A program made the position numbers and the translations under genes. A stretch of DNA of 64,000 bases, taken from positions 16,928,001-16,992,000 of the forward strand of contig NC_086118.1 in NCBI RefSeq assembly GCF_963921235.1. Reading direction: 5' to 3'. Positions 38,006-50,660 of this stretch are shown one piece after another. The notes beneath the pieces were generated by a model. The model did no database searches and was not told the origin of the DNA. It saw only the letters and a program-made list of their open reading frames with translations. Origin of the DNA: Mobula hypostoma (lineage: Eukaryota). The number at the start of each line of letters is the position of its first letter. Position 1 is the first letter of the stretch.

Positions 38006-40259
38006 ATGGCTGGCTACATCAGAAAGACAAACATGTTTGATTGCACAACAGATAACTGAATATATACTGAATTAATTAAGCAGTATTTTAAAGCAAATGG
38101 AAAAGCCGATGAGCAATGTGTGCAGATTTGGCTGAGTGCAATTGGTGGAACAGAATACAATTTACTTACTAGTTTAATTATACCAACCAAACCAGCCAAG
38201 AAGAACATTGCTGACATCATGAAGATAATGCAGGAACATCTAGAACTGAAACCATTCTTGACTGCAGAATGCTTTAGGTTTCATAAGTGGAATCAAAAGC
38301 AAGAGCATTCTATTTCAGTGTACATGGCTGAAATGAAGAAATTGTCTGAGCATTGCCAGTTCAGTAATGGGCTTAATGATGCACTGAGGGATTGTTTAGT
38401 TTGTGGAATCTTACAAGAAACCATTCAAAAATGGATTCTAATTAAAGCACAAGTCACATTTAAAAGAGCAGTTGAAATCGCTGCATCAATGGAAACAGTA
38501 ACCAGAGACGTAACTGAGTTGCAGTTAGCAATGAAAGTGAGCATAAACAAAATTGCAACATCTAAACAGAAACCTGATTGGCTGAACAAATTGTCACAGC
38601 GCCACAGCTGCAGTCCTTTTGAGAATTTGTCAATTACCATAACAGGTTTCTGCCAAACCTTGCTACTGTGCTCCACCCCTTGAACTTATTAAGACATATC
38701 GGGAAGAAAGTGCAAAGGATGAAGCAGTGTGAGGTGGGTTTCCAAAAGGCAAAGGAAATGGTGATGCTAGATACTACTCACACGTTATAATCCACATCAT
38801 GCAGTGAAAGTTGTCTGTGACGCTTCACTTTATGAGATAGTTACAGTCATGTCACATGTTATTAGTGATGGAAGTGAACACCCCACAACCATCGCATCAC
38901 ATTCCCTTACCACTGCAGTGAAAAATGACATACAGATTGACAGGGAGGCCTTGAGTCTGGTTTGCAGTATAAAATATTTCAACCAGTACTTGTATGGGCG
39001 ACAGTTTACCCTTGTTACATATCATCAAATGCAAGCTAAACACTCGTCTTTGGATTTTTAATCCACAAAAGGGTGTTCCACTAACAGATGCAGAGATGGG
39101 CTTTATTTCCTGAAGGACATAACTATAAGGTTGAACTCAAGAGGACAACTAATCATGGAAATATTCATTGGCCCGTTTATTCTTGAAAAGGGAAATACCT
39201 GAAAAATTTACAAAACTCTTGCAGATGTATTCTCCCTAATGCAAATCAACAGTCTCTCTACTACGGCAGAGATAATCCAAAGGGAAACCAGAAAAGAGTG
39301 TCTCAGGTCTATGTGGCCACATGTGGAACAGAAAATCCAGTTCCCCCATTTTTACCAGCAATGACATGAATTGGCCTTTGATTGGGGTTGCCTTATGTGG
39401 GGATTGAGAGTTGTTGTACCATCCATGAATGGCTCATTGGAGGAGCAAAAGCCGGTTATCTAGGCATGGTCAAAATCAAAGTGTTGGCTCATAACTTTAT
39501 TTGGTGGCCTGGGATAGCTCAAAAGATCGAGCAGCTTGCCATGCACTGTTTGGGATGCCAACAGGTGCAGAAGATCCCAAGTGCATCATCTCTTCTTCCC
39601 TGGGAAAGGCCCACCTTTTCCTGGCAGAGGATTCACGTGCATTTTGCTGGACCATTCATGGGCACAAATTTCTTGGGAGTAGAGGATGCAGCTACAAAGG
39701 GGCCAGAAGTGTTCCCAATAGCCTCCACTACAGCCCCATGCACTGTTGATGTGTTGAGAAACCTCTTGTCAAGGACTGGTGTTCCAGAACACTTAGTCAG
39801 TGACAACAGACCCCAGTTTGTTGTAGCAAATTTTCAGTTGTTCCTAAAATGAATAGAATAAGATATACTACAACTGCATTGTACTACATAGCTACAAATG
39901 GTTTAGTGGAAAGGTTTGTCCAGATTCTAAAGAATGCACTGCAGGCAATGTCACTAGAGCATACTAGTCTGACATTGAATCAGAAGGTCACCAATTTCCT
40001 CCTTGTATATTGCAAGTCAGCACACTCCCCAACCAACAACTCACCAGCTATGCTGCTCCTGGGTCGTCCCTTGCCTTCACACTTGTATCTCCTCAATCCC
40101 AATCTCAAGAGTATGCAGGACAAACAGCTGAGACGTATCAACGCTCCTCAAAAAAGGAGGTTTGATGTTTTGCTCCTGGTCCTGGCAAGGGGCTATAGAA
40201 ATGATCAAAAGTGGGTTCTTGCAATGTTAAGGACAGAACTGGGCCACTCTCCTGCATAG
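38006..40259 (+). pseudogene. Gypsy gag-pol remnant: gag, RNase H-like and integrase regions; protease and RT core deleted
   Basis: gag (ECFRFHKWNQ..SISVYMAEMKKLSEHCQF..LNDALRDCLVCGI); RNase H-like (VCDASLYEI..IASHSLT..QIDREALSLV); integrase (GMVKIKVLA..WWPGI..CLGCQ, WQRIHVHFAGP, VSDNRPQF, TNGLVERFVQ). Confidence 0.9.
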
Positions 40260-40643
40260 TGGAGATTGTGCCTGATGTCATCCAGAGATGACACATCACC
40301 AGTTGAGGAGAGCAGTCAATTGTTAGAGAAGAAAGGTGTCCAGACCTGTCAGAATCACTTCCACTACGAGAAGGCCCCAGAACCTGCTATTGTTTCCCAC
40401 AGGACAAGCAGAGTAACCCCCCCCCCCCCCCCGGAAGGAAAGACATTATCCGAGAACAGTAAGAAATCCTCCATGATGATTAAAACTTTAGGCCCGGATT
40501 GGACAACTAAAAAAATTACTATGCTATGGATGTCTATATAGTAGGTGTGTGTGTATATAAGGTGATGAGAGATCAATATACTACATATTTGAATTGAGAT
40601 ACATTCTATATTGAGTTTGAGGCTACAGCTAAACAGGGAGAAG

Positions 40644-42455
40644 TGTAGTGTATTAAATAGTATTTGAGTAATATTGAAAATATATTGTTTGATTAAATAT
40701 TAATTGTTTTTTACAGTGCCTTGTAAAAGTATTCAGCCCCAACCCTTTGTTCACATAAATGAGTATTACAACCAGGGTTTTTGACTAATTTAACCGAAAA
40801 TTTTAATTTGTGAATCACATGTTCTTTTTTTCTCCCTACAGTAGAGCCCCCTCCCAAAAAAAAATCAGGAAATGTTCTAAAGCATGAAAAACTAAAAATT
40901 TCAGAAATAGAAATAACAACAGTTCAAAAGTATTCATCTCCCTTTGCTTAGTACTCAGTTGCACCATTTCTTGCAGCTATCAGAAGCAGTAGTCTTTTTG
41001 GATAAGTCTCCATTAGCTTTGCACAATGTGATGGAGCAAGCTTTTCCCCATTCCTCCTCACTAAATTGCTCACATTGTGCCAAGTTATTTGAGGAGTGGT
41101 GGTGCACAGTAAACTGAAGTCTTGCCAGAGATGTTCAATCAGGTTAGGATCAGGACTCTGACTGGGTCACTCAAGGACATCAATTTTCTTTATTGGAAAC
41201 CACTCCACGCTTGCTCTGGCAGCATGTTTTGGGTTGTTGTCCTACAGGTAGATGAACTTCAACCCCAGTTAAAGCTTTCTAGCAGAGGCTAGTAGGTTTT
41301 TAATCCACCATCTCTCTGTGTTTAGCAGCATTCATCTTTCCACCAATTCTGCTGCTGAAAAGCATCCCAACAGCATGACACTACTGCTATAATACTTTAC
41401 AATAGGGACAGTGTTACCTGGCTGATGCACAGTATTAACTTCATGTCAAATGCACCACTTAATGTTGAGACTGAGAAGTTCCACTTTAGTCTCATCCAAC
41501 CTCAAGACCTTCTTCTGGCTATTTACAGTATTTTCAAAGTGGTGGTTTTTAAGGCCCGTATGAGCAAGGATATGTTTCTTTTTAGCCAGGGCTTCTTCCT
41601 TGCCACTCTTCCATAAATATGCTTTTTGTGCAAGGTCTTAGAGATTGTGGAGCTATGAACAACTTCTATCGTTACAGCCAGTGACTTTTACAGCTCGCTC
41701 AGAGTGCCTATCAGCATCACAGTAGCCTCTCTTATAAGTGCCATTCTTCTCCAACGACTAAGTTTATAGGGGTGGCCTGACTTAGGCAGTATGGCTATAG
41801 TTTCATATTTTTCCACTTTTTCACGATGGACTGCACTGAGTTCTGAGGTATGTTCAGTGCCTTTGAGATGATCTTGTACCCTTCCCCAGATTTGTGATTC
41901 TCTATTATTCTTTCTCTGACTTCTTGAACGTTCTTCCATCATCTTTTTGGCTTGATTTCTTGAAAATCTACCTTACAGAGAGAGGGAGTACTTACTCTTA
42001 TGAATTTATTGAAAAGAAGTGATCCTCCTATTTTCTACATCAACAAATTGTACGAGTTGCACCTGAGGAAAGTTAGCGTAGTAATTACAACAGAGATGAA
42101 TACTTTCATCAGCCTCAAAATTTTGGTTTTTGATTTTTTGTAAATTGTTGACAGGTTTTGAAATTTTTCTTCTGATTTGATATGATGCACAATGTTTTGT
42201 AGACTAGCTCAAGAAATCCTACTTTTAAATTTAGAAAATGAGACAGAGAATGTTAAAACAGTTGTGGGAGCTGAATACACTTTCAAGGCATTGTACATAA
42301 CTCATATGAGTTATATATATAAGTACGTGAATGGTATACGTCATTATGCCACCACAATATTTGAGTGCCTCACTAAAAGAAAAACTAAGTACATGAGCTA
42401 TTCCCAGCTCCTGTGTTTTTCTTTCAATTAGTGTCTGGAGTTCTAAAACATAACA
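40644..42455 (+). repeat. 3' LTR of the Gypsy element, split by Tc1 (40644-40713 + 42294-42455)
   Basis: tgtagtgta...tatttgagtaatatt.aaatatatt.tttgatta matches 34600-34660; ends ataaCA. Confidence 0.8.
40714..42293 (-). mobile_element. Near full-length Tc1 transposon with decayed transposase
   Basis: TA|cagtgccttgtaaaagtattcagcccc and gggagctgaatacactttcaaggcattg|TA TIRs, ~1.58 kb. Minus ORF KYETIAILPKSGHPYKLSRWRRMALIREAT..TLSEL matches the Tc1 DNA-binding region. Confidence 0.92.
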
Positions 42456-44517
42456 CCTTCAGTAGACCTAGATAATTTGGCAAAGAGGTGATGGCTAGAG
42501 GAGGCCAAGGGCAGAAGAGAGAGGGGTGTAAGTGACAGAGATTCCCAAATGCCATCAATAACAGTCATCAGCACCACAGGTTTAAGAGCTACGCACTTCT
42601 AATTCTACAGCTCCACATTTTTGGTGATCAATTCTGGGTCAGTTGCAGACATCATCAGAATATTTGAAAGGAACAAGACTGACACTTTCCTCACTCAATG
42701 AAATCAAAATTACATGGTGCTTTACCCCCAAAAGTATAAGCATTAGCACCCCTCCGCTCCATTATATCTGCTTCTGAGAAGCCTACACTCATGAGAGGTA
42801 GGTACCTTTAGGTTGTTGGAGTTTACCCTACAAAGCTCAGAACTTAACCCTTATTTTGGACACAAAATCAGCTGCAATGAAGTACAATTTTCAGCCATAA
42901 AACAAAGGTGTATTTTTTTTGCTAGTTACATTTGTTTAATCAGAATAATTCATGTCAGAAACATACTATTGTTCAACGCTGTCGTATCTTATGCCAAAAT
43001 CTATTATTCATACTTACAATGCTTGTATCATAGTTTGGCAAGTGATCTTTTAAAAATATACTCATAGTGTGTGAGTACGTCACAATAACTAAGAAGGAAC
43101 TGTTCCTAAAACATGTTATGAACTAATCTGACATTAATGCATCCTCCAATGGTACATGGTATTCAGGTGATAATTGTCATTTAAAGTATATAGTAAAAAC
43201 GATTAGGAATGGAAATACATTACATGAGAAATTCATCTTTGGTTGTCAGTGCTGAATAGGTATAAAAGTTGAAATTATCTTGAGAAACTTAAGTTTGATT
43301 TTAATAATTTCTTTGTAACTGTGTGTGAAAAGTGAATGCAACCACTGGTTCATTCCCTTGTACTTGCTCAGAAGTAGACAGCAATGGAAAATAAAGTCCT
43401 CATTGTCCTTTGCCAGATTTATTGTGGTTTGAAAAAAAATCACTGTGACAATATCCTTAACACATGCAAAACACCAATGAATTACTGACTCATGGCAGGC
43501 AATTTTTTTAATTAAGCACATATGTTACATAATTACAATGTGAAATAAATCTTGAAGATATAAGATAGGTATTCATAAAATGCATAATTTCCTGGCAAAG
43601 GAGGGCATACTGAAATACATTTGAAATGCTGGTCAAGGATAGAACATAGAACTTGCAGAATGCCCATTAAAACTAACTCAGAAATTTGCAAATGCAAAGG
43701 AGTACTGTATTTTATCAGATGACAGCCTTGAAACATTCCACTGCAGGAATGTCCCCAGCTTGTGAACATTCAAGTTATGTACATTCCATCGAGTGTTTGG
43801 GAAATCAGCTGGATGCTGTGAGGCAGCAGCATCTACTTCCCTTGGGAACTCGGCTCATGGCTGTATTTCCTCTCTCTACTTCAGGCTCTGGTTCCCTCCT
43901 GCTTTAAGGAGCCCACTATCATCACGGTACCCAAAAAGAACAAGTTATTGTACCTCAATGACTACCATCCAGTTGCTCTGACATCTATGATCATGAAGTG
44001 CTTCAAAAGACTGATCATGGTTCGCATCGACTCTAGCTTTTCAGACACTCTTAACCCTCTGCAAATTGCCTACCAGCAAAACAGGTGATTGCCATTGCTC
44101 TGGCCCTACGTTCACTTCTGGATTGTAAAGACATCTATGTCATACTATTCTGTATTGACTACAGTTATGCTTTCAATATCATTGATCAGACAAACTCTTT
44201 ACCCAACACTGGACTCTGAGAGTTAATATATTCCTCTGCAAATGGATCCTTGACTTTCTGACCAACAGACCACACTCAGTAAGAAAAGGAAGCAACACTT
44301 CTGTCACGATCATTGAGAAGACTGATGATCCACAAAGTTGTGTCGTCAGCCTCCCTGTACACTCATGACTGCATGACTAGATTCAGCTCTAGCTCCATCT
44401 ATAAGTTTATAAGTGATACCACTGTAGTGGGCCACATCTCAAAGAATGATGAAAAAGAAATAACGACCTTAGTGCCATGAGAATAACCTTTCTCTTAAAG
44501 TCAACAAAACAAAAGTA

Positions 44518-44707
44518 CTCACATCAAAGTTGCTGGTGAACGCAGCAGGCCAGGCAGCATCTCTAGGAAGAGTTACAGTCGACGTTTCAGGCTGAGACCC
44601 TTCGTCAGGACTAACTGAAGGAAGAGTGAGTAAGGGATTTGAAAGTTGGAGGGGGAGGGGGAGATCCAAGATGTTAGGAGAAGACAGGAGGGGGAGGGAT
44701 GGAGCCA
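44518..44707 (-). mobile_element. Penelope 3' pLTR fragment
   Basis: Near-identical reverse complement of 28308-28497. Confidence 0.9.
44577..44612 (-). ncRNA. Minimal type-I hammerhead ribozyme motif (Penelope-associated)
   Basis: Minus strand agtc-CTGACGA-agg gtctcag cct-GAAA-CG-TC-gact: stem I agtc/gact, intact core, stem II agg/cct, palindromic ACGT in place of stem III. Confidence 0.75.
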
Positions 44708-46042
44708 ATGGATGCATGAAGGCTTGGTATGACAACTGCTAGGTATGTGACCACAAGATTTTGCAGAGTTGTGGATACAGTTCAGTATACACAAGAACCT
44801 ACCACCACGCTATGAACTCTCTCTAGACTTTTTGCTGCCTCAGCAAAGCAGACAGCATAATCAACCCACCAGGGCATTCTCTCTTCTCCTCTTTCCCAGC
44901 AGACAGAAGATACAAAAGCCTGAAAGAATGTGCAAATAGGTTCAAGGACAACTTCAATGCAACGGTATCAGACTTTTGAACAGACCTTTTGCATGATAAG
45001 ATGGACTCTTGGCCTTAAAATCTACCTTGTTATGATCTTGCACTTTTTCGTTTACCCGCACCACACATTTTTGGTTGCTTTTACACATTATTCTGCACTG
45101 TAATTATTTTAATTAATACTAGCTCAGTCTAATGATGGATCTGTAAAAACAGACTGCAAGATGAGCTTTTCACTATAACAGTAATAAACCAGACCAATAC
45201 CAATAACACTTTCAACTTGTGATTACAGATCATCCCCAAGTTATGAACAGTTCACAAGATTGGAAACTTGCTGTAACCTGGGACAACCTGAAATTTCCTT
45301 TCCTTTTGTGCAGAAAATGAAGTCAATGATCCAAGTTACATTTTATCATTACAATCCTATTTTATGAAAATTCTAGATATCTAGGTTAGGTAATATTAAA
45401 ACAATGTTTAATAGTTCATTGAGTATTGTGTGAATAATCTAAATTTGAGGAAAGAGTACATTTCCTCAAAGTGTAATATTAACAAACTCTCATGGTAACT
45501 TAGCTAGTTAAGGTATAGAATAGCGGAGTCATAAATGCCAAGAAGCATGCTGGATCATGCCCTGAGTTAGGTTTGGTTGACTATTACATATCAGAAAATG
45601 TCCACATGATGGAGTTTCTTACTGGAGAGGGCCGGGTGTTTGATTCCAACTGCTAAAAATGGCAATCAAAGATCTCTTCCTGGAAGAGGTTACACTACAT
45701 GACCAAAGGGAGAGAAGAAAGCAGGGGCTTGCTGTTGTATCCTGGTCATCACACCTGTAGCTGATGGCCCAGAAGTGTACAAAAACAACAGAGACATGAG
45801 ATTGACAGGGAAAATCAATAGACATTGAAGTCATGAGGAGCACAGTGATGACACTATAAGGAAATTTTCCTACTGCACTAACTGCAAGTGAAATAAACTG
45901 ACCACTTCAGTGAAAGTTCAAAACCAGAGAACTCAAAAAGAACCACAGAGAATGATGGACACACTGCAGGTTATAAGAAATTGCTGAAATATCAGCACTG
46001 TGTAAATGAAGTCAGTTAATGATTTTTACAAGCATAACATAT

Positions 46043-46446
46043 TAAAGGCATCTGTTAGTCTTGCGAGGCCATGGATCTGCACCTGGAAAGTCTTTACTCT
46101 CCAGGGCGCAGGCCTGGGCAAGGTTGTATGGAAGACTGGCAGTTGCCCATGCTGCAAGTCTCCCCTCTCCACGACACCGATGTTGCCCAAGGGAAGGGCA
46201 AGGGCCGATACTGCTTGGCAGCAGTGACATTGCAGAGCGCTGTGTGGTTAAGTGCTTTGCTCAAGGAAACAACACGTTGCCTTGGCTGGGGCTCAAACTC
46301 ATGATCCTGCTTGGCAGCAGTGACATTGCAGAGCGCTGTGTGGTTAAGTGCTTTGCTCAAGGAAACAACACGTTGCCTTGGCTGGGGCTCAAACTCATGA
46401 TCTTCAGGTCGCTAGTCGAATACCTTAACCACCTGGCCACGTGCCC
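46043..46446 (-). mobile_element. tRNA-derived CORE-type SINE with 15-bp TSD
   Basis: Head gggcacgTGGCCAGGTGGttaagg..gagtttgagcc (A and B boxes); CORE-like tttccttgagcaaagcacttaacc; TSD acaagcataacatat (46028-46042) / acaagcacaacatat (46447-46461). Confidence 0.88.
46211..46402. repeat. Perfect 2 x 96-bp tandem duplication inside the SINE
   Basis: 46211-46306 is identical to 46307-46402. Confidence 0.95.
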
Positions 46447-47222
46447 ACAAGCACAACATATAGTTATGGACTAAAAGGATAATTGCAAAAAAAAACGTAG
46501 AGTTATACAAGCTGATAGCCAAGTATCAGATTTTACATTAACTAACAAGCCACAAACTATAAGGATATATTATTAAGTCATGCTCACAGTATAAATTAAG
46601 CAATAAAGCAGCAAAACCATTGGGAAACCAAAAACATTGTGAGTCAATGATGTGGGCAAAATATTATGTAAATATTTTCACAGAAAATTTCATCAGCTCA
46701 GTCAGAATTTTGGTTTTTAGAATAATTTATCTGTGCACTCAGAAGAGTTGTTTTTATAGTTTTCTTTAAGAAACAGCAGTGACCCTTCAACATAACTGCT
46801 TCAAGTTGTACATCTGGCAGCAAATCAGATGCAATTCAGCTTCACATCGTTGGGTATAAACTTAACAGAGCGTTTTCTATGTACTTGAAACAAAAGGTTT
46901 TAGACCATGCTGACATTAAATAAAAACAAATTCAGCATGAAATCATTTTTTTAAATGATAGAAGTGGACGTCTTTGGAAGTTCTTTGGTCAGCTGAAGGG
47001 CAATCTGATCATGTAAACAAACTAAGTTTGGAGTCATGCACTGTAACAACAGTAGCATTTTAATTTTAATGTTGTAACTTTTTTTATTTATTTGTGGAAT
47101 GTATCATTTGCCACATTTGGATAAAAGTTACAGTCACAAACTCATCAAAGATCACTGATGAATTTTTAAAACAATAAGCAATATTGTTCTCCCTCCTAGA
47201 AAATCGATACATAATTAAGCAG

Positions 47223-47427
47223 CAAACACGAGGAATTCTGCAGATGCTGGAAATTCAAGCAACACACATCAAAGTTGCTGGTGAACGCAGCAGACCAGGC
47301 AGCATCTCTAGGAAGAGGTACAGTCGACGTTTCGGGCCAAGACCCTTCGTCAGGACTAACTGAAGGAAGAGCCAGTAAGAGATTTGAAAGTGGGAGGGGG
47401 AGGGGGGAGATCCAAAATAAAAGGAGA
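47223..47427 (-). mobile_element. Penelope 3' pLTR fragment
   Basis: Reverse complement of 28331-28537. Confidence 0.9.
47322..47357 (-). ncRNA. Minimal type-I hammerhead ribozyme motif (Penelope-associated)
   Basis: Minus strand agtc-CTGACGA-a-ggg tcttgg ccc-GAAA-CG-TC-gact. Confidence 0.75.
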
Positions 47428-47607
47428 ATTCTGCTGAATTTAATTAAGGGTCGTCAATTTTTTATGGATTATTCACATGGCTTGTGCCCAGTGCAACATT
47501 CTTCATGGACTGTAACACACTAAATAAATTTAATTTGTGAATTTTCAGATATTTCTCAGAGATGTACAGAACATTATGGAAATAATCCCCCTTATTACAA
47601 ACACATG

Positions 47608-48215
47608 GGCACATTGGCCTTCATAAATCAAAGTATTGAATACAGAAGTTAGGATGGTATGTTGAAGTTCAATATTACATAGGTGAGGCCAAATTTGGTG
47701 CACTGTGTGCAGTCCTGGTCACCAATCCTTGGAACAGTATCAGTAAGGTTGAAAGACTACAGAGAAAATTTACAAGGACGTTGCCGGGATCTGAGGACCC
47801 AAGTTAAAGTGAAAGGTTGAATAGGTTAACATTTTATTCCCTGGAGCATAGGAGAATGAGCCTAGAGGTACACAAGATGATGAGGGGTATAGATAGGGCA
47901 AATACAAGCAGGCCTTTTCCTCTGAAACTGGGTGAGACTAGGACTACAGGTCATATGCTAAGGGTGAAGGTTTAAATATTTAAGGAGAACCTGCGGGAGA
48001 ACTTCTCTTCTCTCAGGGGGTGATGCGAGTGTGGTATGAGCTGCCAATGAAAGTGGTGGAAAGGGTTCAATTGCAACATTTGGACGAAGTTTGGATAAGT
48101 ACATGGGATATGTAAAACTCGCTGTGCAGGTTGATAGACTAGGCAGAATAAAGGTTCAGTATGCTCTAGAAGGGCTGAATGGCCCCTTTTGTATGCCTAT
48201 ATGCTCCATGACTCC
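47608..48215 (+). mobile_element. Decayed CR1 3' fragment
   Basis: LAFINQSIEYRS, VRPNLVHCVQSWSP; terminal gggctgaatggccc hairpin and ctccatgactccat tail. Confidence 0.85.
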
Positions 48216-48574
48216 ATACTTTCAGATAGATATCCAAGGTTCCACCATAACCATCATTTAAAGAAGAACTGTGGAATCCCATTCATTGTGCTGGATAATA
48301 TTTATCATTGAATCACAATCAGTTCCCCACAGATTTTACCATTCACCTGCACATGAGGGGCAATTTATAGTAGCTAATTATCCCCTTTGGGGTGTGGGAG
48401 AGAACCAGAGTATCCAAAGGAAACTCTGCCTGTCACAGTGAGACCACCAAACTGTTGGAGGATGCAATCACCAAAAGCACTGTTTGAAGGCAATCCACTA
48501 TCTGTACTAGGTCTCTGTGCTGATTTTGTCAATCAAAAGAATATGTCAGTGTACATTGAATGAATTCCTCCATT

Positions 48575-49402
48575 GATAACTAATAGGAAGTAATATACAC
48601 TTTTATAATGCTGTAGTCGTTTTGATAGTGTTCTAATTTATTCTGCAATTCATTTAAATACAAAGTTTGTTACATAGTTTAACAATGTATCTTTTTATAC
48701 ATTTTTAACTATTATCATGAAAATTCCGCTTAATTGGGCCAAAATCTACTGGTTCCAATGTGTCCTAATTAACCAGAATCCACACTATCACTCTTTTGTA
48801 TTGCAAAATTAACATTATTGATTCACAACACACTGGAGGAACTCAGCAGGTCGGGCAGCATCTGTGGAAACGATCAGTCAATGTTTTGGGCCGGAACCCT
48901 TCGTCAGGACTCCGATCGTTTCCACGGATGCTGCCTGACCTGTTGAGTTCCTCCAGTGTGTTGTGAGTGTTGCTCTGACCCCAGCATCTGCAGAGTATTT
49001 TGTGTTTAACATTATTGATTGCTTTTGATAGGCAACGTGGAAATGGGCTCTTTAGCCCACAGAGTCCCCACCAATCATTAACTACCCATTTGTACTAATC
49101 TCCCCATATTCTATCAGAGACAAAAACTCACTGTTTTTAAGCACAACGACACAAGTGATGCTATTTAAAAACTGTTCAATCTAAAAATGCTGTAGTGTCT
49201 AACAGCCACACAGGTGCACACCACTAACGCTAGTTAAAAACTGATCGGCAACAGTCTCCTGTCCCAATTAAGCAGCACGGTGTCCCAAATAAATGAAGGG
49301 AACCCAAGATATTTTCCCAATTTGTGTGTGTTATTTATAAATGTCCCAAACAAGTGGCTGTCTACATCAACCAATGGTCCAATTAACTGGAATCCTCCGT
49401 AT
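48575..49402. mobile_element. Two remnants of a pogo/Tigger-like MITE family
   Basis: Similar ends cctaattaaccagaatccac (48764-48783) and ccaattaactggaatcctccgTA (49379-49402), with repeated tgtcccaattaa motifs. Confidence 0.45.
48824..49005. mobile_element. 182-bp fold-back Penelope-derived mini-insertion with perfect 15-bp TSD
   Basis: TSD TTAACATTATTGATT at 48809-48823 and 49006-49020; 52-bp inverted arms 48824-48875 and 48914-48965; decayed hammerhead motif in the loop. Confidence 0.92.
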
Positions 49403-50194
49403 TTGCTGGTTCATTTATTATCATATTCTTATGAAATTATGAAATTCTTCTTCTCTGGGTAGCTATGAAACCAAGAAAGAAAAAACGAACAAAATAGAAC
49501 AGACACATTCACACTCCCGAATCCTCATCCCCACACAAAAAAACAAACAAAAATGGGATAGCAACAAACGGGATAGGCTCATCGACACCCAAATCCCCCT
49601 CCCCACACAAAAGCACAAAAAGGAGCTCTTTAGAAATTAGTGCATTTACACTGTATACTTTAATTATGGAAAGTCAGGCCTATTATTTATTTCCTTACCT
49701 ACATTGTTAATAATTTACAATTTCAAAAGGTCTTCCAATTTGACATAAGTTAGTTATTAAATTATCATAATTCTACATCTGCTATGTAAACAGACAATTG
49801 GGAGTTACACTGGTTTGCTCCAACAATCAACTTGTTAATGGATTAGCCGTAGTTTCTGTAGGGGAACATGTCAGTTAAATTCAGTTCTGCTCCCACACTT
49901 CTCTTAAAATACTCAAGACTGGCATTTGTGGGGAACTAGCAAATCACTGCCAAATCCACAAATAAGATATGCCTTGAATTGAAACAAAATGCACAGCTTT
50001 CACATGCCTGCATCCCTTGCGTAGCATGAATTTAAAACAATATTAGCTTGGTCAGTGTTGAGATTCTTTCATTCATACGTTCAGGTATAAGGCCTATAAA
50101 CGGAAAACACTTAATATCTACACATTCTCCTGCATGTTATTCAGTGTCAAAATGTGGTTTAAGGATCAGACACATAACCAACTATTTTATAATG

Positions 50195-50526
50195 TCCTAT
50201 TCTGGCCTCTTACCTCTTCACCTCACCAGCCTATCACCTCCTCCTAGTGGCCCTCCTTCTCCCCTTTCTCCCGTTGTACATTGTCCTCTTCTATCAGATT
50301 CCTCTTCTCCAGCCCTTCACCTATCACTTTCCAGCTGGTCCTCTTTCCCCTCTCTCCAGCTTTTTATTTTGGCATCTTCCCCTATCTTTTCCCATCCTGA
50401 TGAAGGGTCTTGGCTCAAAACATTGACTCTTTTATTCATTTTCAAAGATGCTGCCTGATCTGCTGAGTTCCTCCAGCATTTTGTGTGTTGCTTTGGATTT
50501 CCAGCATCTGCAGTATCTCTTGTGTT
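50195..50526 (+). mobile_element. Penelope 3' UTR/pLTR fragment
   Basis: Pyrimidine-rich UTR, then cCTGATGAagggtcttggctcAAAAcattgact..gatgctgcctgatctgctgagttcctccagc. Confidence 0.85.
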
Positions 50527-50660
50527 AATGTTAGAAGTTGTTTACTTACCTGGGTTCAGATGTTAGAGATAAGCCATCCATTCACCATGGCTCCTGTTAC
50601 CTAAAAGGCCTCAGTTTTGTGCAGAGTTCATTGGATTGGCTAAGAGAAATAATTCTAATA

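Larger units (their letters stand above)
34600..42455 (+). mobile_element. Gypsy/Ty3 LTR retrotransposon (defective) containing nested hAT and Tc1 insertions
   Basis: TG..CA termini; flanks cctgc (34595-34599) and ccttc (42456-42460); 5' LTR remnant 34600-34686 matches the start of the 3' LTR at 40644; polypurine tract aaacagggagaag just before 40644. Confidence 0.88.
43868..45205 (+). mobile_element. Rex1/Babar LINE RT fragment (decayed), interrupted by a Penelope piece
   Basis: VPSCFKEPTIITVPKKNK..LNDYHPVALTSMIMKCFKRL; DPLQ.AY-like and DYS.AFN-like motifs; tail aataaaccagaccaataccaata. Confidence 0.85.

Noticed and set aside
40417..40432. Poly-C run as a functional element
   Set aside because: A simple homopolymer within the retroelement 3' region, and its length is unreliable.
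46061..46474. 137-aa ORF with a repeated peptide
   Set aside because: Antisense to a SINE; the repeat comes from the 96-bp duplication.
50543..50553. U1 snRNA 5' end (tacttacctgg)
   Set aside because: Similarity stops after about 11 nt.
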